Assembly: GCA_043809585.1 (NCBI GenBank)
Contig: JBDROZ010000050.1
Coordinates: forward strand, 1 to 53,389
Direction: 5' to 3'
DNA from: Candidatus Eiseniibacteriota bacterium
Lineage (GTDB): Bacteria > Orphanbacterota > Orphanbacteria > Orphanbacterales > Orphanbacteraceae
Length of the DNA: 53,389 bases
Shown here: positions 45,301-53,209 of the stretch, piece by piece
Position numbering within the stretch: the stretch's first letter is position 1
Layout: each line of letters begins with the position of its first letter
Position numbers and translations under genes: made by a program
The notes under the pieces: model-generated
What the model was told of the DNA's origin: nothing
Seen by the model: the letters and a program-made list of their open reading frames with translations, nothing else
The model's database searches: none

Positions 45301-45608
45301 GGAAGCCGTACGTGGTGCCGAACCCGTACGTCGCGGCCGCCGAGTTCGAGCCGGAGCGATTCGCGACGTCGGGGCGGGGCGACCGCCGGATGGAGTTCCG
45401 GGGCCTCCCCCGGGGGGCGACGGTCCGGATCTACACGATCCTCGGAGAGCTGGTGCGGGAGCTCCGGCACGACGGGTCGAACGACGGGTACGTGGCCTGG
45501 GACCTCAGGACGAAGGACAACCTGGACGTGGCGCCCGGCCTTTACATCTATCACGTGGACGCCGGCGAACTGGGCGAAAAGACAGGCAAGTTCGCGATCA
45601 TCAAGTGA
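42303..45608 (+). CDS. Large secreted acidic protein with FN3-like domain and a variant T9SS-like C-terminal domain
   Basis: Hydrophobic N-terminus; DNDDDG and DLDGDG Ca-binding-like motifs; LSWD...FEGYRIYR...YYYAV.AYD (FN3-like); VVPNPY...VRIYT..GELV...WDLRT....APGLYIYHV...GKFAIIK. Confidence 0.8.
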   Translation: MNRRRHRAGEGGRSRKPAFGRWTTLFLVLVLPFVSARALGLEPVIPPEERGRIDAERSGTHDAANIRTLFFNFGMVGDYPSDPQNVDLSVFHSAEVPKGSGMNYGDGITPFVLAKVPLAGGLDAYIMETGFRERQAISPYYNRVMRFEPRPGYFQPDPTLNPARSPALSTDPRTWPTRWPDRLSDPDDPGWEGDWNGYFGKRAAADQESYTVMDDQFYDAWDFDPDSRDSTRRGLGLRIEVRGFQWSNPQASNVIFWHYDITNEGTTDYDDNIIFGLYMDSGVGGSELSCDGIYESDDDNAYFDKSSGLNLVYTWDKYGHGVDLSGKCGKTGYLGYAYLETPGNPFDAVDNDDDGIQDELRDGGPGERIEGQDNIRVRASLSYDLAKFEEAYGALEERPAFKSGVWWTGDEDMDWDFELHDVGTDGLPETRDTGERDGMPTSGEPYFDETDLNESDMIGLTGFKMNRIRAGQGNSSPEVDGILFFMNDAQWPKRLYEQFTNPREPDRFDPALASNYNIGFLFASGPFILKAGQSERFSLALGYGANLTELRETVKTVQQIYDANYQFAVPPPLPTATAETGDGYVLLSWDDVAERGFDPVTYTNDFEGYRIYRATDPEFRDPRVITTGTGTGPIGNGKPVAQFDLADGIEGFSEQTVEGVAYWLGTETGIAHAWVDTDVKNGQLYYYAVCAYDYGSDSLGFYPSENAITVSRTPRGGTILPQNAVAVRAEPKVTGFVRAEAGDVAHVAGRGTGEADVVVVNSNLVPDGHTFGIHFTTPSADSLRAAAYLLIDETTGDTIFTRGTDLAGEGRGPVGRGLLPVIFTPDSITFDSSATGFAEGSPTNARVVVSYLGVLPMNQVRPGFPDDVTVTFYDDVVNTSIEIFPIPANPAKFRAVAHGVAGDMDLPFRFRDLDGDGTLSGKREYIDLVTYSNDAPGVPKVTWRLQLDQEAPYEGDSLWAPAGGDVFEIGLVLPFGEDDVLSFTAAGQRIDGEEEKKEEWKPYVVPNPYVAAAEFEPERFATSGRGDRRMEFRGLPRGATVRIYTILGELVRELRHDGSNDGYVAWDLRTKDNLDVAPGLYIYHVDAGELGEKTGKFAIIK

Positions 45609-45622
45609 ACGAGAGGTGCGCG

Positions 45623-46633
45623 ATGAGAGCGCTCGCGCTCGCCCTGGCGATCATCATCGTTTCGGTCCCCGCTCCGGCCCTCGGCCAGAGCAAGACGGGG
45701 ACCACGATCGGGCAGTTCCTGCTCATCGAGCCGGGAGCGCGGATCGCCGCCATGGGGAACGCGGGGGCGGCCGTCGCCGAGGGGATCCAGTCGGTCTACT
45801 ACAACCCCGCCGCCCTCGGCCTCCTCGACCGATGGGAACTGCAGTTCACCCACAGCGAGTGGCTCGCCGGCATCGACTACGACTATGCGGCCCTCGCCGT
45901 GCCGGTGACGGGACTCGGGACGTTCTTCGGGAGCGTGACCTCCCTGAACTCGGGGGAGATCGATGTCCGCACCGTGGACCAGCCCCTCGGGACGGGCGAA
46001 CGGTACGACGTGGGGAACCTCGCCCTCGGCGTCGGGTACGGGCGGAGGATCACGGACCGCTTCTCGGCGGGGGTCCGGGTCAACTACATCGAGGAGAGGA
46101 TCTGGCACAGCACGTTGAACACGTGGACCGTCGACGTGGGTACGTTTTACAGGATCTCCGAATCGGGGCTCGGGATCGGTTCGAGCCTCTCGAACTACGG
46201 CACCCGGGCGGGGTACGGCGGGCGGGACCTTCGGATCCAGTACGACGGCGATCCGAATATCTACGGAGACAACAGCTCCCTCCCGGCGGAGCAGTTCACG
46301 GACCAGTTTCCCGTGCCCTTGCTCTTCCGGGTCGGCCTCTCCTATCCGCGCCGGACCGGGGGGGACGGGCGGCTCCTCCTCGTGGTGGACGCGTTCCACC
46401 CGAACGACAACACGGAGTACGTGGGGGCCGGCGCCGAGTGGGAGTGGAAGGAGACCGTGGCCCTCCGTTCCGGGTATCAGGATCTCTTCAAGGAGGATTC
46501 CGAGGTGGGGTTGACGCTCGGCCTCGGCGTGCGGGGTGTCATCGACGAATATCACTTCTGTTTCGATTACGGATGGGCCGACTACGGCCGGCTTCTTGAC
46601 ACGCACCGGGTGACTTTCGGTATGGCGTTCTAG
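45623..46633 (+). CDS. PorV/PorQ-family outer-membrane beta-barrel
   Basis: FLLIEPGARIAAMGNA...YYNPAAL N-terminal signature; alternating beta-strands; THRVTFGMAF with terminal Phe. Confidence 0.85.
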   Translation: MRALALALAIIIVSVPAPALGQSKTGTTIGQFLLIEPGARIAAMGNAGAAVAEGIQSVYYNPAALGLLDRWELQFTHSEWLAGIDYDYAALAVPVTGLGTFFGSVTSLNSGEIDVRTVDQPLGTGERYDVGNLALGVGYGRRITDRFSAGVRVNYIEERIWHSTLNTWTVDVGTFYRISESGLGIGSSLSNYGTRAGYGGRDLRIQYDGDPNIYGDNSSLPAEQFTDQFPVPLLFRVGLSYPRRTGGDGRLLLVVDAFHPNDNTEYVGAGAEWEWKETVALRSGYQDLFKEDSEVGLTLGLGVRGVIDEYHFCFDYGWADYGRLLDTHRVTFGMAF

Positions 46634-46671
46634 GGCGCCGGCGAGGGAAAGGCCGGGAAGGGAAAAGGACC

Positions 46672-48255
46672 ATGGGGCGAAAGAAGTGGATCATCGGAGC
46701 GGTCTTCCTCCTGACGGCGACCGCGGCGGAGGCCCAGATCACGGAGGAGGCCCTTCTCGACTCCCTCCAGCGGACGGCCTTCGACTTCTTCTGGAACGAG
46801 GCGAACCCCGCGACCGGACTCATCCGGGACCGGAGCGCGGACTGGGCCCCGAGCAGCATCGCCTCCACGGGTTTCGGCCTGACGGCGATCTGCATCGGCA
46901 GCGACCACGGATGGATCACGAGGGAAGAGGGGAGGGAGCGGATCCTGGCGACGCTTCAGACTCTCTGGAACACGCCCCAGGGAACCGCGACGAGCGGCGT
47001 GTGCGGCTACCGGGGGCTCTACTACCACTTCCTCGACATGAACACGGCGACCCGGGCGTGGAGTTCGGAGCTCTCCACCATCGACACGGCCCTCCTCTTC
47101 GCGGGAATCCTGGACGCGAAGCAATACTTCAGCGGCGTCGATTCCCTCGATACCCAGGTGCGGGCCCTGGCGGATTCGATCACGAGCCGGGCGGAGTGGG
47201 ACTACATGTACCTCGGCTGGGGCATCAAGATGGGCTGGACACCGGAAAACGGGTTCAGCGGTTTCGGGGACTGGATCGGCTACAACGAGGCGATGATCAT
47301 GTACATCATCGCCCTCGGATCGCCGACGCACCCGGTGCCGGGGAGCACGTGGAGCGCCTGGACGAGCGGGTACGACTGGCAGACCTGGTACGGATACACG
47401 TACGTGAACTTCCCGCCTCTTTTCGGGCATCAATACTCGCACTGCTGGATCGACTTCCGGAACATCCAGGACACGTACATGCTGATCCAGGGGCTCGACT
47501 ACTTCGAGAACTCCCGGCGGGCGACCCTCGCCCAGAGGGAGTACTGCATCGCGAATCCGGGGGGCTTCATCAGCTACGGGCCGAACTCGTGGGGGATCAC
47601 CGCCGGGGACGGGCCTTTCGGGTACGCCGCCCGGGGCGCCCCCCCCGCCCAGAACGACGACGGGACGGTCACGCCCACCGCCGCCGCGGCCTCCATCGTC
47701 TTCGCGCCGGAAGTCGTGGTCCCCACCCTCCAGTACTGGTACGACAACTTCAAATCCGAGCTCTGGATGGAGTACGGGTTCCGGGACGGCTTCAACCTCG
47801 ACTACGCCTGGTGGGGACCCGACGTGATCGGCATCGACCAGGGCCCTATCATCCTCATGATCGAGAACTATCTGAACGAATCGGTGTGGAACCGGTTCAT
47901 GGAGAACCCGGACATCCAGGCGGGCCTGGACGCCGCGGGCTTCGCCCCTTCCTTCGTTGCCGTCGGGGAGGCGGACGTCAGCGGGGATCCGGGCGCCCGG
48001 GGCCTCCTCTCGAACGGGCCGAATCCCTTCCGGGAGAGCACCACCATCCGGTTCCGGCTGGCCGAGGGGGGGCCCGTGAGCCTCTCGGTCTACAACGTGG
48101 CGGGCCGGGAGGTGGCCCGTCTCCTTGACGGCCCCCTTCCGGCGGGGGTCCACGAGGCGGACTTCTCGGGAGAGGATCTTCCGAGCGGCGTGTACTACTA
48201 CCGGCTCCGCGCCGGCGCGGAGACGGAGACCAAGAGGTGTGTGCTTCTGAGATAA
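46672..48255 (+). CDS. GH144-family putative beta-1,2-glucanase with FlgD-Ig/T9SS-like C-terminal domain
   Basis: Same motif set as the 23821 paralogue (ELSTIDTALL, YNEAMIMY, PLFGHQYSH, GIDQGP); NGPNPF...SGVYYYRL. Confidence 0.85.
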   Translation: MGRKKWIIGAVFLLTATAAEAQITEEALLDSLQRTAFDFFWNEANPATGLIRDRSADWAPSSIASTGFGLTAICIGSDHGWITREEGRERILATLQTLWNTPQGTATSGVCGYRGLYYHFLDMNTATRAWSSELSTIDTALLFAGILDAKQYFSGVDSLDTQVRALADSITSRAEWDYMYLGWGIKMGWTPENGFSGFGDWIGYNEAMIMYIIALGSPTHPVPGSTWSAWTSGYDWQTWYGYTYVNFPPLFGHQYSHCWIDFRNIQDTYMLIQGLDYFENSRRATLAQREYCIANPGGFISYGPNSWGITAGDGPFGYAARGAPPAQNDDGTVTPTAAAASIVFAPEVVVPTLQYWYDNFKSELWMEYGFRDGFNLDYAWWGPDVIGIDQGPIILMIENYLNESVWNRFMENPDIQAGLDAAGFAPSFVAVGEADVSGDPGARGLLSNGPNPFRESTTIRFRLAEGGPVSLSVYNVAGREVARLLDGPLPAGVHEADFSGEDLPSGVYYYRLRAGAETETKRCVLLR

Positions 48256-48380
48256 GGGAACTGCAGGACGAAACGAAAACCGATCACCAACCATCCCGAG
48301 CGGGCTCCGAGGAGGTGAGCGCGGCCCGCCGGCGGAAATCGAAAACCGATGAATCTCGACTACGAGAGGAGTAACAAGCA

Positions 48381-49169
48381 ATGAAACGGAATGGCTACGG
48401 TATCCTGGCGGTCCTCGCGATCGTCGCGGTGACGACCACCGCGGCGTTCGCCACGCCGGCGGTGAACAGCGCGGTCTTCAACCTCCGCGTCTGGAACGAC
48501 TGCTTCACGTCGACGCTGACGACGAACAACAACTACCCGGCCGAGATCTGGATCGACGACGACGGTGACTGCACCAGCGGCTGGGCCAACCTCCACAACT
48601 GGCACTTCTCCGAGGACGGCGTAACGGACGCGAAGTTCATGAACGGCGACTCCTTCCGGTTCTCCGCGACGCTGACGATCACCGGCACGGGCAACGCGGA
48701 AGCGGGCCTCCAGCTTTCGCCCTGGTGGTCGACGGACGTGGACGGCAGGCTGAACGTCCGTTCGACCGACGGCGAGATCGCCTGCTTCGGCGGCCGCCTC
48801 CCGTTCTATTCGTTCACCGTGAACCACGGGCTCTCCTACGTGAAGGGCGACCCGATCTGGCTCGAGATCGTCTACGAGGCCAACAGCAACACGATGGCCG
48901 ACCCGGCGACGATCACGTACAACGTCGAGTACCCGATCGGCACTCCGTACTCGAGCGGCCCTCTTCCCTTCGACGAGGGGAATCCGAACGAGCCTTACGG
49001 CACGTGGGGCTGCCTCGATGACGCCGAGGCGGGCGGTCACGCGCAGATGTTCCTCGGCGACACCTCGCTTCAGGTGCGCGCCACGTGGGACGGCATCTCC
49101 TTCGAGGACCTGACGCCCACCTCGACCGAGAGCAACTCGTGGGGCGGTGTGAAGACCCTCTTCCGGTAA
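48381..49169 (+). CDS. Secreted protein of unknown function with a C-terminal SWGGVKTLFR tail
   Basis: RBS GAGGAG; signal peptide ending AFA; beta-rich acidic domain; strong coding codon bias. Confidence 0.82.
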   Translation: MKRNGYGILAVLAIVAVTTTAAFATPAVNSAVFNLRVWNDCFTSTLTTNNNYPAEIWIDDDGDCTSGWANLHNWHFSEDGVTDAKFMNGDSFRFSATLTITGTGNAEAGLQLSPWWSTDVDGRLNVRSTDGEIACFGGRLPFYSFTVNHGLSYVKGDPIWLEIVYEANSNTMADPATITYNVEYPIGTPYSSGPLPFDEGNPNEPYGTWGCLDDAEAGGHAQMFLGDTSLQVRATWDGISFEDLTPTSTESNSWGGVKTLFR

Positions 49170-49191
49170 GCAGGGGTTTCTTCGAGATCGC

Positions 49192-49227
49192 GGGCCGTCT
49201 CCGGGAAACCGGGGGCGGCCCTTTTTT
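49192..49227 (+). terminator. Intrinsic terminator ending the lacI-TBDR operon
   Basis: 13-bp stem with GAAA loop followed by T6. Confidence 0.85.
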
Positions 49228-49406
49228 GCGCTCGATTCGGGAGCCCGTTCTGCTGCGGACCCGTAATGCGGGCTGCGGTCTCGCTCTTCCTTCGGGGCCT
49301 TCCTCGCCGTAGCTCTGGCTACGCCTCCGGGAGGCCCCTTGTCCAGAGCGTACCTCGCCACCCATTCCGGATCCTCGCGACGAACGGGTTCCCGAACCGA
49401 GCGCAA
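49226..49406 (-). repeat. Structured hairpin repeat, family A, internal copy
   Basis: About 180-nt imperfect palindrome (25-bp outer arms); core CCTCGCCGTAGC-TCTG-GCTACGCCTCCGG matches the element at 1-151. Confidence 0.78.
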
Positions 49407-49482
49407 GCCGGCAACCCTCCCTCCTTCAGTCCTGAGTGAGCCCGGGGGGAATCAGGGCTCAGGGGATCGCGGCGCCGGTGAC

Positions 49483-51162
49483 TCAGGACTCCCCGATCCC
49501 AGGGACGAGGCGCCGCTTCCCTTCGTCGTAGAACCACGGCTTCCGGCCGGGGAAGTGTTCCTCCACGAAGCGCCGGTCCTGTTCCGCCCCATGATCGTAC
49601 ACGAAGATGCGGGGGGCCTTCGATAGGTCGGGCTCGTTGTCGATCAGGTCGAGATCGGGATTGTGGCGAGGGCCGTAGCGGATGAAGACGATCGAGCCCT
49701 CGGGAACGGTACGCTCGATCCGAGCGCGGAAGCGCCCGAGTTCGGAGGCTTTGAGCGACCGGAAGGCGATCTGGGAGGAGAGACGGTCCGCGGCGGGGAC
49801 GAGGGCGACGAGCACGAGGAGCACGGCGGCCAGGGCCGGACCGCGCCCCCCCCGGACGAGGACCCGGGCGCCGAGAAGGGGGAGGAAGAGGAGGGCCGGC
49901 GTCACCTCGTGGTAGTAGCGCACCCAGGTCGACCAGTAGAAGAAGTACCCGGCGTTCCAGAGGACGATCGCGGCCGCGGCGAAAAGGGCCGCCCGCCGAT
50001 AAGCGCTCCCCCCCCGGGCGAACAAGCCGGGGAGGAGAACGAGCAGGGCGACCGGCATCGCCTCCAGGATCGTCGCGGGGAGGCGGAATCGGAAGAGAAC
50101 CTCCGCCGCGAACCGGGGAGTGTATTTTTCGTAGTTCGGCCGGAAGACCCGGTCGATCCACATCCGTTTACCGGGCCCCACCTCCCGGTGCGCGATCGGG
50201 CCCTTTGCGAACCCGAGGGTGTCTTCGGGGTGGGTCCTCTCCGAGTAGAGGGACCAGGGGGCCGTGAGCGCCGACCCCGTGATCCCCCGGTTGTAGGCGA
50301 CCCCCGCGCCCCCCATGAGGAGTAGGGGAAGGAGAAAGATCGCGAGCGGCCGGGGTCGGAGAAGGCGCCGCGCGCCGCTCCCTCCGGAGAGGGCGAGGAG
50401 GAGGAGGAGCGCGCCGAGGAGGGCGCCGTTGAAGGGGCGGATCAGCAGGGCGTATCCGAGCGAAGCTCCGGTGAGGAACAAGGGGAGAAGGCGCGCCTCC
50501 CGGGCCCCGCGCCGGAAGAGGCAGAGAGTTCCGAGGGCGGCGAGGAGAAAGGTGTTCTGGGAGAGATAAGTGGTCGCCGTCTGGATCTCGGCCGGGGAGA
50601 GCCCGAAGAAGAGGACGAGGGCGAGGGCGCCGGGCGCGCCGAGGCAGGGCCTCGCGAGATGGCCGAGGAGAACAAGGGAGACCCCCACCGAGAGCAGCAC
50701 CACGAGCCAGGGCGCTCCGAGGAGGACGCCCGCCGCGAGAACCAGCGCGTGGCCCGGCGGGTACTTCGACGCGTAGACAGGCTCGGTGAGAATGTGAAAG
50801 GCGTCGAAGAACTCCGGCGCCGGGGGAGGAGGGTAAGAGATCCGTCCGGCCGCGAATGTCTCGGCCTGGAAGAGGTAGGCGAACTCGTCGTGCACCACCG
50901 GCTGGAATCCGAAGGCCCGGGCGCCCCAGAGCCAGCCGTAGAAGAGGACGATCCCGAGCGTCACGAGGGGGAGTATATAGGAGAAGGTCTGATTGAGAAG
51001 ACGCCCCGCCCGTTCCAGGAAGGCCTCTCTCCCGCGGGGGAGGGGGATGAAGCCGAGCAGAGAGACCGATAAGAGAAGGATCGGGAGAAGGAACGGGCTC
51101 CCGTGGAGGAGGGAAAAAGCCAGGGTAACAAGAGCGCCGAGGGGGAGGAGGAGACGATTCAA
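49483..51162 (-). CDS. Multi-pass membrane glycosyltransferase, GT-C (ArnT/PMT-like)
   Basis: HDEFAY motif after an early TM segment; SKYPPG; IRP; RYY; many TM helices; TTG start. Confidence 0.72.
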   Translation of the reverse strand: MNRLLLPLGALVTLAFSLLHGSPFLLPILLLSVSLLGFIPLPRGREAFLERAGRLLNQTFSYILPLVTLGIVLFYGWLWGARAFGFQPVVHDEFAYLFQAETFAAGRISYPPPPAPEFFDAFHILTEPVYASKYPPGHALVLAAGVLLGAPWLVVLLSVGVSLVLLGHLARPCLGAPGALALVLFFGLSPAEIQTATTYLSQNTFLLAALGTLCLFRRGAREARLLPLFLTGASLGYALLIRPFNGALLGALLLLLALSGGSGARRLLRPRPLAIFLLPLLLMGGAGVAYNRGITGSALTAPWSLYSERTHPEDTLGFAKGPIAHREVGPGKRMWIDRVFRPNYEKYTPRFAAEVLFRFRLPATILEAMPVALLVLLPGLFARGGSAYRRAALFAAAAIVLWNAGYFFYWSTWVRYYHEVTPALLFLPLLGARVLVRGGRGPALAAVLLVLVALVPAADRLSSQIAFRSLKASELGRFRARIERTVPEGSIVFIRYGPRHNPDLDLIDNEPDLSKAPRIFVYDHGAEQDRRFVEEHFPGRKPWFYDEGKRRLVPGIGES

Positions 51163-51247
51163 TGGATTCCGTCCTTTGCGTGAACCAAAATACTATCAAT
51201 CGATTATGCTGATCGTCTCTGGTAGATTCTCGCAATCGGGGGTGGCT

Positions 51248-51649
51248 TCATCCTTGGCAGAGTTCGATGAGAATCCCCCCCGTTCCCTTCGGGTGGACGA
51301 AGGCGATCTTCTTCCCTTCCGCCCCGATCCGGGGCTTTTCGTCGATGAGGGGAATGCCCGCCGCGGCGAGCTCCTCGAGGGTCGCCTCGAGGTCGTCCAC
51401 GGCGAGGGCGATGTGATGGATGCCGTTCCCCTTCCGGGACAGGTAGCGGTCCACGGGGCCGTCCCTCCCGAGTCCCTGGAGAAACTCGAGGGAACTCTCG
51501 CCCGCCCGGTGGGAGGTGGTCTTCACCCCCTGGTCCGCCACGATTTCCACGCGGGGTTCGACGCCGGGGAAGAGCACCCGAAGGAGCGGCACGATCGGGC
51601 CGAGGTCCTCGGTGGCGATACCGACGTGATCGATGCGCAGCACGCCCAT
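51248..51649 (-). CDS. mce: Methylmalonyl-CoA epimerase
   Basis: IDHVGIA, QGV, GIHHIALAVDD, PRIGAEG..IAFVHPK.TGGILIELC; RBS GGAGG. Confidence 0.93.
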   Translation of the reverse strand: MGVLRIDHVGIATEDLGPIVPLLRVLFPGVEPRVEIVADQGVKTTSHRAGESSLEFLQGLGRDGPVDRYLSRKGNGIHHIALAVDDLEATLEELAAAGIPLIDEKPRIGAEGKKIAFVHPKGTGGILIELCQG

Positions 51650-51682
51650 GACCGACTCCTCCTCCCATGGGACCTGCCGCCG

Positions 51683-51691
51683 ATTGTAGCA
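51683..51691 (-). promoter_or_regulatory. Extended -10 element for mce
   Basis: TGCTACAAT on the minus strand, about 33 nt upstream of the ATG. Confidence 0.5.
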
Positions 51692-51739
51692 CAGGGGAGG
51701 GCATCGGCCCGGAGAGAACCGGAGGAGAGATCGCCGGGA

Positions 51740-51768
51740 TTGGATCGGGACACGCGCCCGTCTATACT
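51740..51768 (+). promoter_or_regulatory. Sigma70-type promoter for the sulfatase-like gene
   Basis: TTGGAT-17 nt-TATACT. Confidence 0.55.
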
Positions 51769-51796
51769 GAACGGACTCGAACCTCGGGAGGTGTCC

Positions 51797-53188
51797 ATGG
51801 TCCGCCACGCGTTCCTTTCCTTCGCCTGCACCGCCCTCGTCCTTCTCGCGGGCTGCGGCGGGGACGGACCGGACCCGCGGCCGAACGTTCTCCTCGTCCT
51901 GATCGACTCGCTCCGGGAAGACCATCTCGGGTTCGCCGGGTACGGGCGGAACACGTCGCCCGTGCTCGACCGTCTCGCCGGCGAGGGGATCGTCTTCGAG
52001 AGGACCTACGCGCCCTCCTCCTGGACCAAGCCGTCCGTCGCCACCCTCCTGACCGGCCTCTATCCGGAGAGCCACGGCGTTCTCCGCGAAATCGGACCGG
52101 GAGCGGTGCTCGCCGGAGATCTCGTCACGGTGGCCGAAGCGCTCCGCGGGGCGGGGTACGCTACCTACGGCTTCGTCGCGAATCCCCTCGTCAACCCCGA
52201 GTTCGGTTTCGACCAGGGCTTCGACGAGTTCCGCGTGTTCGACGGATGGATCGACCAGTCGTCCGGGCCCCTGACGGACGAGGTGAAGGGATGGACCGCC
52301 CGGGCGGAGAAGGGGCGTCCCTTCTTCACCTTTGTCCACTACCTCGATCCGCACGGCGCCTACCAGCCTCCGATCAACTACGAAGAGTTCTTCCGGGGCA
52401 TTCCCTTTCCGGAGAAGCGCGCCGTGCTCGGCGGCCTCGAAATGGTCCTCTCCGGCGAACCGCGCCGCGAGACCGGCGAACGACCGGTCCCCCTCCCGGT
52501 GCCGGTTCCCCTTTCGGAATCGGACCGGGACTTCCTGGTCGCCCTGTACGATTCGGAGATCCGGTTTCTGGACGGAAAGATCGGCGAGCTTCTCGAAACC
52601 ATGGAGCGCCGGGGGCTCCTCGAGAACACCCTCGTGATTGTGACGGCCGATCACGGTGAGGAGTTTCTCGACCACGGCCTTCTCCGCCACGGATTCCAAC
52701 TCTACGAGGAGACGGTCCGGATCCCTCTGGTGATCGGGGGGCCCGGGCTGCCGGGGGAGTTCCGGGGAGCGCGACGCGGGGAAGGGGCGGGACTCGTCGA
52801 CGTCGCGCCGACGATCCTCGCCGCGTGCGGTCTCGGGGCGCCGCCGGGGGGGGGGCGGAATCTCCTCCGCGCCCCGGAGGAGGGGGAGCGCCTCCTCGCC
52901 GGATCGACCTTCTACCGGGGATTGGAGAGGCGGTACGCCGCGCAGGGGGATCGGAAACTCATCCTCGACGACGCCCGGGGAACGGCGGAACTGTACGACC
53001 TCGCGGCCGATCCCGGCGAGGGGCGAAACCACGCGGGAGAGGACGAGGCTTCGACGGCGGCCCTCGAGCGGGCCCTCGAGGCGCACCTTCGCGACCTGCC
53101 CGCGCCCCCCCCGGCGGAAGCGACGACGGGCCGGGTGACCGACGATCTCCGCCGGAAGATGCGCGCCTTGGGATACGTCGTGGATTGA
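51797..53188 (+). CDS. Sulfatase-like hydrolase/transferase lipoprotein
   Basis: Lipobox LAGC; PNVLLVLIDSLR.D, WTKPSVATLLTG, HYLDPH..Y, YD.EI...D, TADHGEEF; RALGY C-terminus. Confidence 0.9.
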   Translation: MVRHAFLSFACTALVLLAGCGGDGPDPRPNVLLVLIDSLREDHLGFAGYGRNTSPVLDRLAGEGIVFERTYAPSSWTKPSVATLLTGLYPESHGVLREIGPGAVLAGDLVTVAEALRGAGYATYGFVANPLVNPEFGFDQGFDEFRVFDGWIDQSSGPLTDEVKGWTARAEKGRPFFTFVHYLDPHGAYQPPINYEEFFRGIPFPEKRAVLGGLEMVLSGEPRRETGERPVPLPVPVPLSESDRDFLVALYDSEIRFLDGKIGELLETMERRGLLENTLVIVTADHGEEFLDHGLLRHGFQLYEETVRIPLVIGGPGLPGEFRGARRGEGAGLVDVAPTILAACGLGAPPGGGRNLLRAPEEGERLLAGSTFYRGLERRYAAQGDRKLILDDARGTAELYDLAADPGEGRNHAGEDEASTAALERALEAHLRDLPAPPPAEATTGRVTDDLRRKMRALGYVVD

Positions 53189-53209
53189 CGGGCGGGTGAG
53201 GGGGCTCGG

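Noticed and set aside
40733-45622. N-terminal part of the 1966-aa ORF
   Set aside because: Arg/Pro/Gly-rich off-frame overlap of the receptor and large protein genes; only 45623-46633 (PorV-like) is credible.
52846-52855. G10 run in the sulfatase-like gene as a phase-variation tract
   Set aside because: The frame stays intact through to a typical C-terminus; no evidence of slippage from one sequence.
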